From contig JALMLS010000500.1 in NCBI GenBank assembly GCA_038496445.1, positions 18,972-82,971 on the forward strand: a stretch of DNA of 64,000 bases. The letters run 5' to 3'. The notes under the pieces were generated by a model. It did no database searches. It saw only the letters and a program-made list of their open reading frames with translations, and had not been told where the DNA came from. The DNA is from Trichosphaerium sp. ATCC 40318. Taxonomy: Eukaryota; Protista; Tubulinea. Below are positions 38,034 through 51,951 of the stretch, piece by piece; within the stretch, counting starts at the first letter, position 1, and every line of letters begins with the position of its first letter. The translations under genes and the position numbers were made by a program.

Positions 38034-40169
38034 ATGTTGGCTAGAACATGCTGCCGCCGATATCAAACGCGTCACTACGCACAGACAAGACAGCGTAGGG
38101 CGATAGCCTGTCAAAAGTGGTTTCACACAACACCAAAGGCTAAAAATGCCAGTAGAGACGTGTTTAGTTCGTTGATAGCTCAGGCAAAGCAAAGAGTACC
38201 AAATGTACCTAGTGAGCATGAGTCTACAGGTCCCAAGGAAATACCGCTAGAGAAGCACGTCTTTCCAACAGGGAAGGATGTAAAGTACGTGATTTTAGTA
38301 AATTGCTTTATGTAACTGTCAAACAATTAAACTTAGGCGTTAATTCGCTAACCAGATTAGTTTGGCGTCGATGGAGTGGATTGGATTTGATTATGGTACA
38401 ATTCTCACAACTCTGACCATAATATCCTCTAACATCGCTATATTGTAGACTTTACGCTTGCTCCTTACAAACCCAACATTCAAAATCTAATTTATGACAT
38501 GGCTCTCGAATATTTAATCACAAAACTTCGCTATCCTGAAGAACTGCGCGAACGTGGATACGAGCCTAATTTTGCAATTCGTGGGTTGCACTATGATTCA
38601 AACAAAGGCATGTCAAAAAGAGCAAAAAAAAAACAACAAAAAAGCCCAAGCGCATTTTCCTCAGCTTGTCTAATCTCGTTTTACAGGTAATCTAGTAAAA
38701 ATAGATTACCTACATAATATTCAGCCTGGTGCAGTGTTCCGTGGACGTCACAGGCTGTCAGGTGATGAAATATTGGATCAGTATGGTGGCTTACATGTAC
38801 TGTCTATTTCTCAACGAACATTCGCTGATTTCTTTTTTGTAGCTTTCAAACAAATACATGGACCTCAATATGAAGCCTATGCTCGATGAGTTTGCCAAAC
38901 CAGAATCATGTACGTATTTTTTAACCAAAAATTATTGCCTGACCTAAGTTAGGTCTCATTGCGAATGTCATTGATTTCGTGTCAAAAGAAAATGTACCAT
39001 TTAATTACAAATATCTTGTTGATGACGTAACAAATGCTATTGAATATGTACATACATCGAACTTGATCCATGATCGTATTATGGCTGATATACCTACATA
39101 CTTGGATGAGAACCAACCGCTACGAGAATTACTCACTGGGTTGCAAGACAGAGGCGTAAAGGTAATTCGACATCTAAAGTTCCATCAAAGTTTATATTTC
39201 TTGTTTAGCTGTTCCTTCTTACAAATAGTCACTTTTCTTTTGTAAATGCTGGCATGACGTATATGCTTGATAAAAATTGGACAGAGTTGTTTGATGTTGT
39301 TATGTGTTCAGCAAGAAAACCTGCTTTTTTCAAGTACGCATTTGTACCAGTAGTTTTGTTGACATCCTTTTCTAGACACAATAGGCCGTTCCGTTTACTT
39401 GACTACAAAGGAAGATTACGATGGGAACCAGTAACACATTTTGAGAAAGGTAGAGTGTACTTGGAAGGTTCGATAAAGGTACAAGGAGCTTAAAATAGAT
39501 GATAATGTTCGATTAACATGAAATAGCAATGGCGTGAGATTACCAAAGCACCATACTCTAAAGTGTTATACATTGGAGACCACCTTTACGCAGATTTAAG
39601 AGAGCCTAGCAGGCAAACGTACGAAGATAAAGTCAACACTCAAAGTAGTAATATTAAATCACGTGACGCTATTTTAGTGGTTGGAAAACAGCAGCACTTG
39701 TACATGAACTTGAAGAGGAGATTTCAAAGCAAAACGCTCCAGAGTTTAAAGTCCGCTTGAAAGAGAAACTGACCCTTGAAAAATATTGTATGATACTTGC
39801 CGCAGATCACAAAGAAGACAGAATACTCATAAAAGCTATGCGTAAAGAGATCTCAGACAGAGAACAAGGCAAGGTTTTTTTTGAAAAACCTAACGAAAAG
39901 TTTTTTATTTTTCTTGCTTGGACAACGCACAACTAACCCATTTCTTAGAGCTCAAAGATATATTCAACCCTTACTTTGGTAGTGTTTTCAGAACACCCCA
40001 AGGTCCTACTCTTTTCGCGTATTATGTACAGCGCTACGCCGATGTCTACACATCTAGCATCACCAATTTTGCCAATTACCCATTTGATTACGTCTATACT
40101 CCAGGACGTAACTACTTGCCACATGAAACACATCATTACAACCCAGATCTTAGCGCAATTTTAAACTGA
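38034..40169 (+). CDS. HAD-family 5'-nucleotidase domain protein (NT5DC2/3-like)
   Basis: GFDY|DFTLAPY, FAIRGLHYD, FLLTNSHF, ARKPAFF, VLYIGDHLYADL and FNPYFGSVFRT. Confidence 0.92.
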
Positions 40170-40489
40170 CTCACGAAAATAAGTACGAGAAGAAAATAAT
40201 AAAAAAAATTTAAGGCACAAAGTACTATCGCGTTTATTTTCAGCATATTGTTTGATCACAATCTGGAACGCACGGGTAGAACCACTCCTCTCTCTGTCCG
40301 TCACTGGTACTACTAAATAAACGTATTTTTGGGCCACAGTTTGCCTAAATACATAATAGGATTCTGATAGCATACTCCAATGCTAACAACAGCGTCTGGA
40401 ACAATTATTGATTATTAACAGCAAAATAAACGAAAAAACAACCACAAAAGGATATCAATTTGCCTCAGCGCACTACCACAGCTGTACAA

Positions 40490-43400
40490 ATGAGCTATGG
40501 CAGCGATGAGGACGAATATGCAGAATACCCAGGCATGAACCTAAATAGCCTCAGTATGGACAGATCGGTAGCTGCTGCGTCTCTAATACGCAACCATAAA
40601 CAAACAGAGCGAGGTACGATTTTAGTAATAACCAAATGACGCCAATTATGTTCACGCTAATGTTTCGCGCAGACTGGAACAAGGAGTTTCAAGAACTACT
40701 TCATTCTTCCCGAATTGCCGAATTACCTGTAGGGTACGCAAAAACCGCTGAAGTTTATCGACAGCAATGAAAACAAGCTTTAATAGTACTAACAGACACC
40801 TTTTTTTCCGTCGCAATTAGTACTTTGTCAACGTCACACGTTTTAACTATTCCATAGTGGCTTACAAGCTGAGTTGACGCGTACAGTTGATCTAAAAAAA
40901 CTAGCTCTTGAATTTGCGCACCTTGCGAGTGAAATAGGTGTAAAAATCATTTCAGAGTTGTACCTTCCAAATCAAGACAAGACAATACAACCTGTACCTG
41001 TTGGTGGTATGGCAGGAGGAGAAAAATTCTTACACCATGGTATTATGTTCAAGTTATCTCGTGACTGGAAAAACATTTACAATTGTGACTCGTATGCTAT
41101 AAAGGCTGCTGAGGTGCGTATAACCAAATACAACTTTTACACAAACCAGAAAAAAAGGATCTTCCCAAATGATGACAAAAGTTGACACTGCAGTTTTTTG
41201 AGCCGTTAGTAGTTTTTTTATTTTAGCTAAAGTTTTGTTAGCACGAACTACGTGCAGCTATGGCGTTCTCAGACTGTAGGATATCACGTTTAGCTACACC
41301 TCTAATGGCACTTGTTCGGTTCGTGAAAACTGTTAACTTAAACTTAGTGAAGTTTTTTTTTTGTTTACTTTGCGTGCAGATATCGTGGGCACTGTCTCTT
41401 GGCTCAGTCATTGGTACCAATAGATGAGAACAGTTTATGTTATGGAAGCCATGATGCTGGAACAACGATACATAATAGTAACAGAGAACTTGAAGAGAAG
41501 ATAGCTAGAGCAGCTAACGCTTTATACCTGAAGGTAAGCAATCACGTGATATTACTACAAAAAAAGACACTCGTTTTTGTGATTCTCATAATATTAATAG
41601 TATCACCGTGTTTGGGATAAAGGTCGTGAGGACTCTACAATGTTATTCACTGCTGTTGACCTTGAGGGCCACGTAGGCAGCGACAATAATTTTTACTTGA
41701 GTGCGTTACTAACTTTTAGTTTTTTTCGAAAAAAATAAAAAAGGTACACTAAATTGTATTGTAGTTGATTTAGCACGCACCTTCCCACCTACCGACCCTA
41801 ACGGTAAAAAATGTGTACACATGTATCGCCTATTCCGACCAGAGTTTTTAAAAGCCAATGGTGTACCTTTATCGTCGGACGCTTTCAGCAAGTTTGGCCG
41901 AGATGACGACCAAGAGATTCACAACAAAGAAGTACGTTACTTTTACCCGTTTCTCCTCCACTTACCTTTCATCGCGCTACAGGTCAAGGAAGCAACAAGA
42001 AAGTTGGTACAACTAGCACCCATTACGTTAACGAAACGATTAACTTTTTTTTTAATAGCTCTATGAGCACGTGCCTCAGTTTGCAGAGTTTTTAGAGGGA
42101 AGATTCAGGCCAGGTAAAACTGTTATCTTTTTAAAGAGATTCAAATTGTTTTTTTAAGTGAATAAGTTTCTGTGCATTGCTAACGTAATTTAGTACCCCA
42201 ACACCACGCGTTAAAGAGAGAGCTTGGAGAATCTGTTAGCTCTAGCATAAGTGTTAGCCTTAATAGCAGTTTCAGTTCAACTTCCAGCAGCGGAAGGGCT
42301 ACGGTAAGAAAAACTGTCTAAACCGACTAAAATCTCATTGATTACTGCTAGTACTACATAAAAGGTAACGACATACCTGTAAGTGACGAACTTCCACAAT
42401 TGTGTGCAGAGTACGGCATAGAGATTGTAGCAATCTTTTTTCTAAACAACAACGATAGGTTACATCTGCGCGGGTTGAACCTTAGGTATCTCGCATGGCT
42501 ATACTGTCACTTAGTAAGCCCTAAAATCAAACGATTGGTACTTACAGAAACTGCTGCTCGAACTGCCAAGCATCTATTGGAAGCAAGGTACATTTCTCCA
42601 CCGAGGCTAGCGGTTTTCAAAGAAATCACGTGATAAATGTTACGAGAAAAAAACCTCTTTTGGCATTGTGAATCCATTGTAATCTCTTTTGTAGATGGAG
42701 AACATTAGAGATCCCTGATCAAAAGCCGTTTCTCGAAACGGCAGTTGTTTTCTTTAATCAACTGTTTGGAAATGAAGCACAAAGATTTTGGAGAACTACT
42801 GTAAAACCAGAACTACTGGAAAGGTACACTTCTGCCAAGTTATGTTTTTACCTTACTCACCTACTATCGTCAAGATTTCCAATAGACGACCCACAGTCCT
42901 CTACTCTACCAGAACCACCCGCAATTCTTTGGGATGATTTTGACTGGAAGTCAGCAGTAGATCAAAGTTTGCTTTTTAGACGTATATGTGAGCTATCTGG
43001 TGTTACTTTCAATAAGTATTGTAATCTAAAGCAACACAATAACCACGCTACACTGACACGTGAGGATTTGAAGTTTCTTCGTGCCAGAAAGGACCCTTTT
43101 GCCATTACCGATATACGCGGTATTTTTCCTCGTGTAAAACATATGCACAGGATATCTTTTGAAGAGGGTACTGCACTGGCTAGATTAGCAGCTACTGAGA
43201 CTGGCATGGCAGCGTGGCAGTTATACGAAAAGGTACTTGCGCTTAAATTGAAATGTCGTCATTAAAACAAATGACAGGCATGTAAATTATTTGATCAATG
43301 TTTGGCTATAAAACCAGATGACCACAGAGCATTAAGGTACGAAAAGTTTCAACGAGTCCACTAGTTAATAAATAGAAATCTTAATCTAACATTTCGTAGA

Positions 43401-46036
43401 AACTGGGCTTTTTGCCTTGGTAAGCAAGCAGAATCTACTAAAGGAGCTCTAGCCAAAAAACTTTGGGTACACGTTTCGGATAAATATGAAAAAGCTTTAG
43501 TTCTAAGACCGAATGACTGGAAAGCTTTATGGAAATGGGGCACGTCTACTGTTGTTGATACTTTTAATTTACAATATTCATAGGTACAGCACTTTGTACA
43601 AGAGCAAAGAAAGCATCACGGAGGGACTTACAAGTATTGTTAAGTAGTGCTTGTAAGAAACTACAACGTGCTACTGATATTGTATTTGAAGAAAAGTTAG
43701 AAGTTGATAATGTATGTTTGTATAATCTACTGTATAATACTGGCAACGCACACCTGCGGTACGAATATTGTTATTTAAGTGCTTTGTTTTGGGGTATCAC
43801 TCACATCAACTAAGGTATGCTCGCTTTCTAATGGGCCTGGACTCGTCCCGCTCTAGGGTCGTAGTACCTAGACCTAAGCTCAATATCAAGGTTAACAAAC
43901 TTTTATCCGATGGTATGTGATTGTGTTAACTATTGCTGCTAACTTGTTTGTCCAGCTGCCAAGGCGTTTCAAAAGGCGTTGGAAGTTAATGAAAATGCTG
44001 CTGATGTGTACCATAATCTAGCAGCAACACTGGTATGTCATGAAATAACAATCACTTATTATTTATTATTATCATAGGCAACGTCAGCTCGTGTTGCTGC
44101 AACTGATGCTGACACAAATGTTCTTTTTGGAAAAGCTTTTTTAACTTTTGGAAAAGCACTAGACATGGATCCCAATAATACTGATATTTTGGTATGCCTT
44201 TTCACGTGATAGCTGTTATTTACGTTTAATAGAGTAATTGGGGCACAGCACATTTTAGACAAGGTCAAATGCAATACATTGAAGACAAAGAAAAGTCACA
44301 TAAGACTTTTGTTAGCGCAGCACAAAAATATGCAGATGCATTTAAAAGTTCTTTTGGATTCAACAAGGTAACCTCTCACACATTCAAGTACCAACTCAAT
44401 TTATGCTTTTATAGGATGCGTTTAGTAATCTTGGGTACGCACTGCTTATGTGCTCAAAAACAACACCACAACAGGTACTTAACTTTCTTTTCTTATTTCA
44501 TTCTTAACTTGTGTCCTGTTACTAAAAAAATACTTGTAGGTTGATGGTGATGTTCACGCAGGCTTAACGCGATGTTTTGAATGTTACATTGAAGCGATCA
44601 AGTCAAAAGTTGGGAAAAAAGGTAACGAGAAAAATACTCGTGGTTTTTTTTCTACTAGGTAACGGAGTTGACTTTTGATTCCCTAGAATTTTCTCGCGAA
44701 GCCAAATATGTCGTCAAAGAATACGTTTCCAAAGGAACATCGTTAGACCTTGTTCAAGAAGCTCGTGAGGTTCTTCTATTACTAGACAGGCTCAATCCAA
44801 GATCAAAGACAAATGATACTGAAGAAGAGTACAATTTAGATTTGAATAGCCTTGGAGGTGTTGTGGGTACTGAAACTGAAAGCACAGAGAATATAGTGCA
44901 CACACCAACAAAAGAAAAGAAAGCAAATAGAAAACCACCACATAACGTAAAGAAGATCAGCAGTAGGAGAAAGAAGAAAAGGGACAGAGGCAGTTCTAAA
45001 CGCCGCACAAACACTGACTTGGGCGATACTTTAGATCACCAGACCCTTGATATACATGCCCGCCGCGTCGCTGCTCGGCATCGCTCTGATCCTCAATACA
45101 GACGCCGAAAACGAGCACAAAAGTCTTCTTCGCTCGCTAAAAAGCCGGTTACATCACGGAAGCCAAGTAAACGGCCTCCAAGGCCGAAATCACCTAGGCT
45201 TACCCGCGTAGCATCTGATAGAAGTGTTGAATCTAACTCTTCAACTTCAGAGTCATCAGGCAATGTAAGGCTTTTTATACGCCTTTCATGTTACCCACGA
45301 TTGATTTTCTTGCATTAGGTAACATATGGCTCTGATAAACCAACAAGGTCAACTAGAGCCGTTAGGCGTAGTATATCATTTTCGTTTGACCGCCACAGAA
45401 AGAAGACCGGTTCTAATTCGCGACCAGGATCTCCACGTGGAAAAAGGAGTCCCAGAGGCAATTCACCTCAACGCGAAGAGCGGTACGTTTAACTAAGTCC
45501 CAGAACCGTATTTTGACCCTTACATTAGCCGTCAAGCCAAATCCGCTCGTCAAGAAGCCATAGATTCTGAATATATCATTACAGATAAGAATGCAACACG
45601 ACGACATCGTTCTTCTTCGTTCAAACATAAAATGGCTCATTTCTTCAGAGGTACTTTTATTCCTCCCTAACTACCACTTACCTATGATGTATAGCGGATA
45701 GTAAGCGACGATCTAAACCATCAACGTACGGACACCGTCCAATCAGTAGCAGGAATGTCATTAACAAGGATATATAGGAAGATGAAGAGAAAAAAGAAAG
45801 CTCCACCAGTTGATATAATAGATGTTCCACCAAATAATGAATCTACTTCAAAACCTTCACCACTTTCATGTACGATATCTCTTACACTTCTATAGCCCTC
45901 TTTTGAATTAAAAGATACCTGAGAACTAATACTACTAGCTTCACGAACGTTTATATCACTGAACGAACCAAGAACATTAATGCAAGATGAAATACCAAAT
46001 GATCTTTTGAATGGTGATACATTTTTTCAGGAGTAA
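40490..46036 (+). CDS. Clu (clustered mitochondria)-domain protein with TPR repeats and a basic, low-complexity tail
   Basis: DWNKEFQELL, GGMAGGEKFLHHGIMFK, YGSHDAGTTIH, DLEGHVGSDNNFYL..DLARTFPP, LFRPEFL and LHLRGLNLRYL. TPR-like units IKPDDHRAL.NWAFCL and LRPNDWKALWKWG. Confidence 0.85.
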
Positions 46037-46328
46037 ATAGATCCTATCAGTATTGAAAAAAATCTCTCTTTTGCTTTGAGTTTTGGCAATAACAAACCTG
46101 TTAGATTATGCCATCTTGTAACACTAATAATAAAAAACAAATGTGCAGTAGTATAAATACAAAGACTTGTGATTTTTTAGTTTTATTAGTATATGTTAAC
46201 ACCAACAGACTCCAATTAACTCCATAAAAGAACCTACCACGTGGTCATACAAAGACTTAAGTCTATTACTTCAGAGATGGGGCATGCGGCGCAGCTAAAA
46301 CTTTACATTCGTAGAATGGTATAACATG

Positions 46329-47675
46329 CTAAAACTCAGGATACAGTTTCAAGCTATTGACCATTTTACATCCTAGATACTCAATCATTTTCACTGTGAT
46401 TTGGGTACCTACATGTCTAATTCTATCCAGGTCGGTCAAATTAACAACCCCATTGTCAGTGATTTGTGTGCAGTTTGCTAGATCAATTCCCTTAGTAGCA
46501 ACAAGACTGTTATTACCTTTGTCAGCTATGTAGTCACAACATCTAAGAGATATGAACTTAACACCAACTAAGTATCTGAGACCTTCGTTTGTTACAGATG
46601 TATCATCAAGAATAATCGTATGAACTCCAACAAGAGATTGCAGGGTACTGTCATCAACACAAGAAATACTTGAAATGTCAATCACTTTCACACCTGCCAA
46701 TAGTTTTGCTATCACTAGATACAAATCTACAACTACCCAAGTCAATGTGTTGTACACCTGCTAAACGTGATAGAGTATCACCACTTAGTTGCTTGCAACT
46801 ATAAATCTCTATAGATGGTATACCGGCCAACAGCTTCAATACGTCATCTGATATCTGAGAGCACCAGTCTAGTGATATTTTTTTTATTTTCTTTGTTGTT
46901 TGGTTTTTTGTTAACAAATACTTTACTCCTTTGTCAGTAATATTTGCGCACAAACTTAAAAAGATATCATACTTGCATTTGTCAGTGTTTTTAGACACTT
47001 ATCCGTAATATTACATTCACTGAGTTCTATTTTATATATACTACTTGCAATAGCAATAACACCAATGTCGGTGATTTGTTTGCAATCTGCTATGTCGATA
47101 GTATGAACTCCAGAGAGCGCTGCTAGTCCTTTGTCTGTTACTTTTGTTCCTTAAATATCAATATTATCCTTAGTGTATGAATACCATGGAGTGCTTTAAA
47201 ACCAAAAGAAGTAAGCTTGCAATCTTTTTCTGCTGACTTTACTTCCAGATGATGTACTCCTGAAATATGCTCTAACATAGAATCTGTTAATGAAATATCA
47301 TTCAGTACTTCTAGGTGATGTACACCAGAAATATTTTTAAAGTCATCCTCGGTCATTAAAATATTATCTCCAATAACCAACTTTGTGTTTTTTAGCAAAG
47401 GTTCCATTTTAGTTTTGATAAATCTCGCCTTACTTCCACAGTCACTGTTAAATACCCCAAATAGTTTAAAATGATTGTAGAAAAGAGTTTACAAACAAAT
47501 GTTGCGGTTATACGAGCGTTCTTGCCTAATAACGCTAGAATACAAAATACAATTTCTGTTGGTAGACAAAGCAAAGTGCATGGCCTTGGAATAGTATCAG
47601 TACAATAAACACATGAGATTGGAGCTACAAACAGCGATTTATGGCAAAGAACGTACTCCGAAGAATGAAGCATGT
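46329..47675 (-). pseudogene. Intronless F-box/LRR (GVHTI-type) gene disrupted by several frameshifts
   Basis: F-box LLCLPTEIVFCIL...VCKLF. LRR units (GVHHLEV, GVHTIDI, ITDKGV) switch frame mid-repeat near 47400, 47150, 46985 and 46710 with no GT-AG introns. Confidence 0.75.
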
Positions 47676-47768
47676 ATGCCAGTAAGTAGTGATACGCAGT
47701 AGTTACTAAAACTATTGACTTTGCCCGAAATAACTTGTTGATATTTTTTAGGAAGCCTATCAAGGATA

Positions 47769-48522
47769 ATTTGAAAAGTAACAAGATTTATTTACATTTA
47801 CAAGTGAAGAAGTTACTACATTTGTGGTCTTATCTGAATTTGCTTGTACAAACATTCAATACAGACTCGTTTGTGACATCACATTTCCTACCAGCTTGCA
47901 TGCTTACTGAGATACCCTATAAACAAAGAGTTGGTAAAACGTTTTCATTTAAATAAGAAAGGAAGTTTGTAAAAACGCACATGAAAGAGGGACTTCAAGT
48001 ACATCCTGGTGCATGTGTACAACATTCTGTTTTTTACACCGGACTTCATTGGACACCAATAAAGAAATACAGTCTTTGTTCTTTTTCCATCTGATCCAAG
48101 ATCGTAATTGTATGAGAATAAGACATATCTTGGTTCATTTTCAGGAAGCTGTTCAACAAGTGTTTGCCAATCATCTCCTTGTCTTCCCTTTGTTTCAATG
48201 ACAACACGTGAATGATTATCAGTAAGCTTGTATACAATGTAAGGACTTCCCTTTCCCATCTCGAATCTATTGAAGAAGACGGTGAGGAAGAAAAGAAATG
48301 AGGGTGAAGAAAAAAGAAAAAAAGACGCACTTATCAAATGCTGGGATGCAGTCGTCATCTAGTTTTGTTTGGACTTGTAGTACGCTCATGATGTATTGTT
48401 TGTTGTTGTTGTAGAATATGATATGATGTTGGATAACTTCCTCAACAAAGTGGAAGTACATTTCAGTAATTTTTTCGTTGCAAAACAAGGTCATTGACCA
48501 AAAAATATGAAGAAAATCCTAC
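47769..48522 (-). repeat. Left arm of an inverted segmental duplication (partner 61395-62157)
   Basis: Reverse complement is near-identical to 61395-62157, including the promoter, both introns and the 3' UTR. Confidence 0.95.
47830..48389 (-). CDS. ADF/cofilin family protein, copy A (3 exons)
   Basis: DDDCIPAFDK|FEMGKGSPYIVYKL...LPENEPRYVLFSYNY...FLYWCP..SGVKNRMLY..|GISVSMQA. Confidence 0.92.
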
Positions 48523-48950
48523 TTTTCGCTGAAAACAAGTTTGAAGAATTTCAAAATGAGACATTCAACACGTCCAAAAGAGTCTGATACAAGCTGTAAG
48601 TTTATACCTTCTCAGGTACATAGATCAAGGACACGCCAAACATAGTGGCAGGAACTCTTCGAGTCATCCTAGAAGTTGTTTAAGATCTTAATTATCTCGA
48701 GTAGCAGAATAAAATAAAACCCTTTAACATCGCGTACATTTCAAGGACAAACTGCAAAACCTTACTTGCTCAACGTAGTTTTGGTGACATTGTATGAAAG
48801 TGAGTGTTCGATATGAGGCAATCTGTGAAGTTTCATGTTTAGCCGTTGTTACAGAGATATCTAGGTGAAAGAATGGTTTTTACTATTTTACACGTGTACA
48901 AAGAGGTATTATCTCCTTTTTTTTTTCTTTTTTTTTTGCACTATGTGACA

Positions 48951-51856
48951 TTACTTATTGTCCTCCTTACTTTTAGTCCCTTTTAATGTAAGCATTTGCT
49001 TAACAAGAAGGACACGCTTAAGTTGTTGTAAATCTTTAATATTGCACTCAGCTTTATAGTGCTTATTGTCCATATCACGTTGTGCTGAAAATAGATTATA
49101 CAATTGTTCCTTAAAAGAAAAAATCAGTTAAGCTTGCGAAAAAGCAGATAGAAAAAAGAAAACAAACCTTATTCTTTATCCATTCGGGGGATTCTAAAAG
49201 TAGGTCATTATGATCAAGAACCGACACCATTTTTAAGGTAGCTGCTTCAATAGCAAGGTTAAGTTTAATTAACTTTGTCTTGTAAGCAAGTAACTCAAGC
49301 TCATGTTGCTCTATGAGCATTGCAGCTTCTTGTACTGTCTTTGGAGCATTTGCTTTCTTATCTTTCTTAACTCTTTAATCAAAACGTCAGCATTGCTTAT
49401 AAAATCTACAAATACGTACTCTACAACACCTTCAACAACATCTTGCGGGTCTATAATCAACTTATCAGCATTTCTAGGCAAAGTCTTCGTTCGAGGTGAT
49501 CTCGACTTTCTAGACTTTGTTTTCCGTCCTAAACCCTTACGTTACAACAAGTAATATACTTCTCAAAGCTACATACGTTCTATTTTTGATGATCCAGGCG
49601 CTGCCAGACTAGGTCTAGTAATTGATGGTGTAGATTTAGACAACTTAGAATCCTTTGTGACACTCAACAGCGTCTTTTCTTTTAAAGCAGTAGGTGCACT
49701 AGAGTATTCCTTTGGAATGTGCCATACATGTATTGCACGGTCCCAACCGGTAGTAAAAACGTCCCAAGCATCACTTTAAAGCGAAATAAGCATAAACGAT
49801 ACTAATAAGCATCAAAGCACGTACGCTTCTGGTTTCCAAACCGGAAATATCATTGATATAGCGTCAGTGTGCTTTGTAGGGATATTCGTTATAAATTTAT
49901 AAGTAAAAGGATCCCAAGCGGATATGGTCTTATCCCAAGAGCAAGTCCAAACCCATTTACCTACTAAAGTAGACCAATAAACAGTAGAATTATAATGATG
50001 CCTCAATTCTTTTTTAAAAGCCAGAGAAACCTTGTCATATATCTAAAACAGATATTGTTAGAGCACTGTAATTCATGTAGTAAACTCTTTGAGTGTACCA
50101 TAATGAGGCCATCGTCTTGGCCTACCCAAATATCGTCGTTTACTTCAGAAAAATACGATACTTTTGCACTATCATGTTCAACGCATATCTCGCATGTAGT
50201 ACTATCCCAAACTTCTATTTTCTTTCCTCTGTAACACCATACCTTTCCATCAATATGTGAAGCCCTCAAATACATTGTAGGACCTGCTTCAACAAGCTCG
50301 TTTGTGATTTGTCTTGACTTTAAACGAAAATTAATACAAAAACATCATATAATCATTTTCTACCTCTACATCTACTACAACTAAGCTCTCTCCAAGTACC
50401 CACACAGTTTCTGGTGCTACTTGAACAACAACTGCCGTAAAACATCCAACTTCTATAGATTTTGTGGCAGGTTCTTCGTCACCAGAAAAGTCCTTAAAGG
50501 TAATTAAATAATAAGTTTTTGAGCAGGCTTCTTACTTTGACATCAAAAATTGTTACACTGGTTCCAGCTGCCACCTACAATCACGTCAGCACGATAAACA
50601 AATATATAGGAATTACATACCCAAATACTACCAGAGATAACAATTGGGAGCGAAGCAAGCTGCCTGAAGTGAAATTAATTACAAAAAAAAAACAATAATG
50701 ATTTCATCATACCCAACCTTTGTTTTAAGGCGATACAGTTCTCTGAGTGTCTATAAAAGAATTAAACCACTAAACCGAACTACAATCAAACATACCTTGA
50801 TGTTGCGCACAGCTAATACGCCAATAGAATCAAAAGAATACAAATAGTCATCTACACGTACTACACCAAGAAGTGACTTTCGATGGCTATAAAAAGGTCA
50901 GTAATGTGCAACAAAAATATCCATTTGATGAAACAAATACCTAAATAGTCTATAACGAAAATAACCAGCCTAAAAAAGCAAGAAGAATCAGTAAGATAAT
51001 CTATAAGCTCATTCAGTAAAGAACGTACAGACTTGCAAGTAGTCAATTCTTGTGCCTCAAAAATGCTTGAGTAAGAATCAATAATCCAGCAAACAAACTG
51101 TTCGCTTTTAGACACCTCAGGGCTAACGAAAACGCCACCCATATGCCCAAATATGGTTGATAGGTTTATAATATGCATCATGTTTACACCAGCGTTTAAG
51201 CTTACGTTGTGTAATAAATAGAGGACACTTGTAATTGTAGCACGATTGACTAGAGGTAATTTTTGAAAAAGGTCCAAAAATGTTTTTATACGCTTTTCGG
51301 GCTCTTCTTCTACAAAAAAAGCATGAGAAATCGCTTAGATACGCGTTCATGTACCATGTTCGGTGAAAGTCTGAACAAACGCGTTTTGAAGTTCTGAGGA
51401 GAAAAGTGGAGCTGGGAGTTGCCGAAGGTACTTTTTAAGCGTGCTAGCAAAATCTTCTGTACTGTACGTTGTTTTGGATAGAACGATTTTATCTCCTCGA
51501 CCTTGTAGTGTTACAAACAGCGCTGGATGTACTGAATACCTTTGTCAAATTCTGCTTGTAGCTCAGCCATTACATCAGCTGCTCCTGGCACGCGAAATAT
51601 GCCCTCAGTAGCCAACCCCTTCATTAACAGCGCTGATACGCACTTGTCAATAATTATAGGCACATCAAGGGTAGAAGCCAACTTTTCCTTCTCCCAAGCA
51701 TGTAATACGCCTATTGGTGTACCAAAGGTTGCTACAGGAACCTCGTTTGGTCCTACACCATTTTAGTAAAGGTGATGCTAAATTACCGTTACCTGTACTG
51801 CGACGCTTCTTCTTACTGTCTTTGCGCTTGGACTTCTTGCGGCCGATAATGCTCAT
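48951..51856 (-). CDS. RhoGAP with a central WD40/beta-propeller-like region and a C-terminal coiled coil
   Basis: TFGTPI...VPIIIDKCV...EGIFRVPG (Arg finger), ASTLKKYLRQLPAPL, KLPLVNR and NMMHIINLSTIFG. WD-like VWTCSWDKTISAWD and TGWDRAIHVW. Confidence 0.88.
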
Positions 51857-51951
51857 GTAAAACGCAGTATTTAGGCAGTGATCACTGTAAAATCCTGTTT
51901 TTAAATATTAGGCTGTCAAATCCGAGACAGCAAAAGCAAGTCAATAAAACG

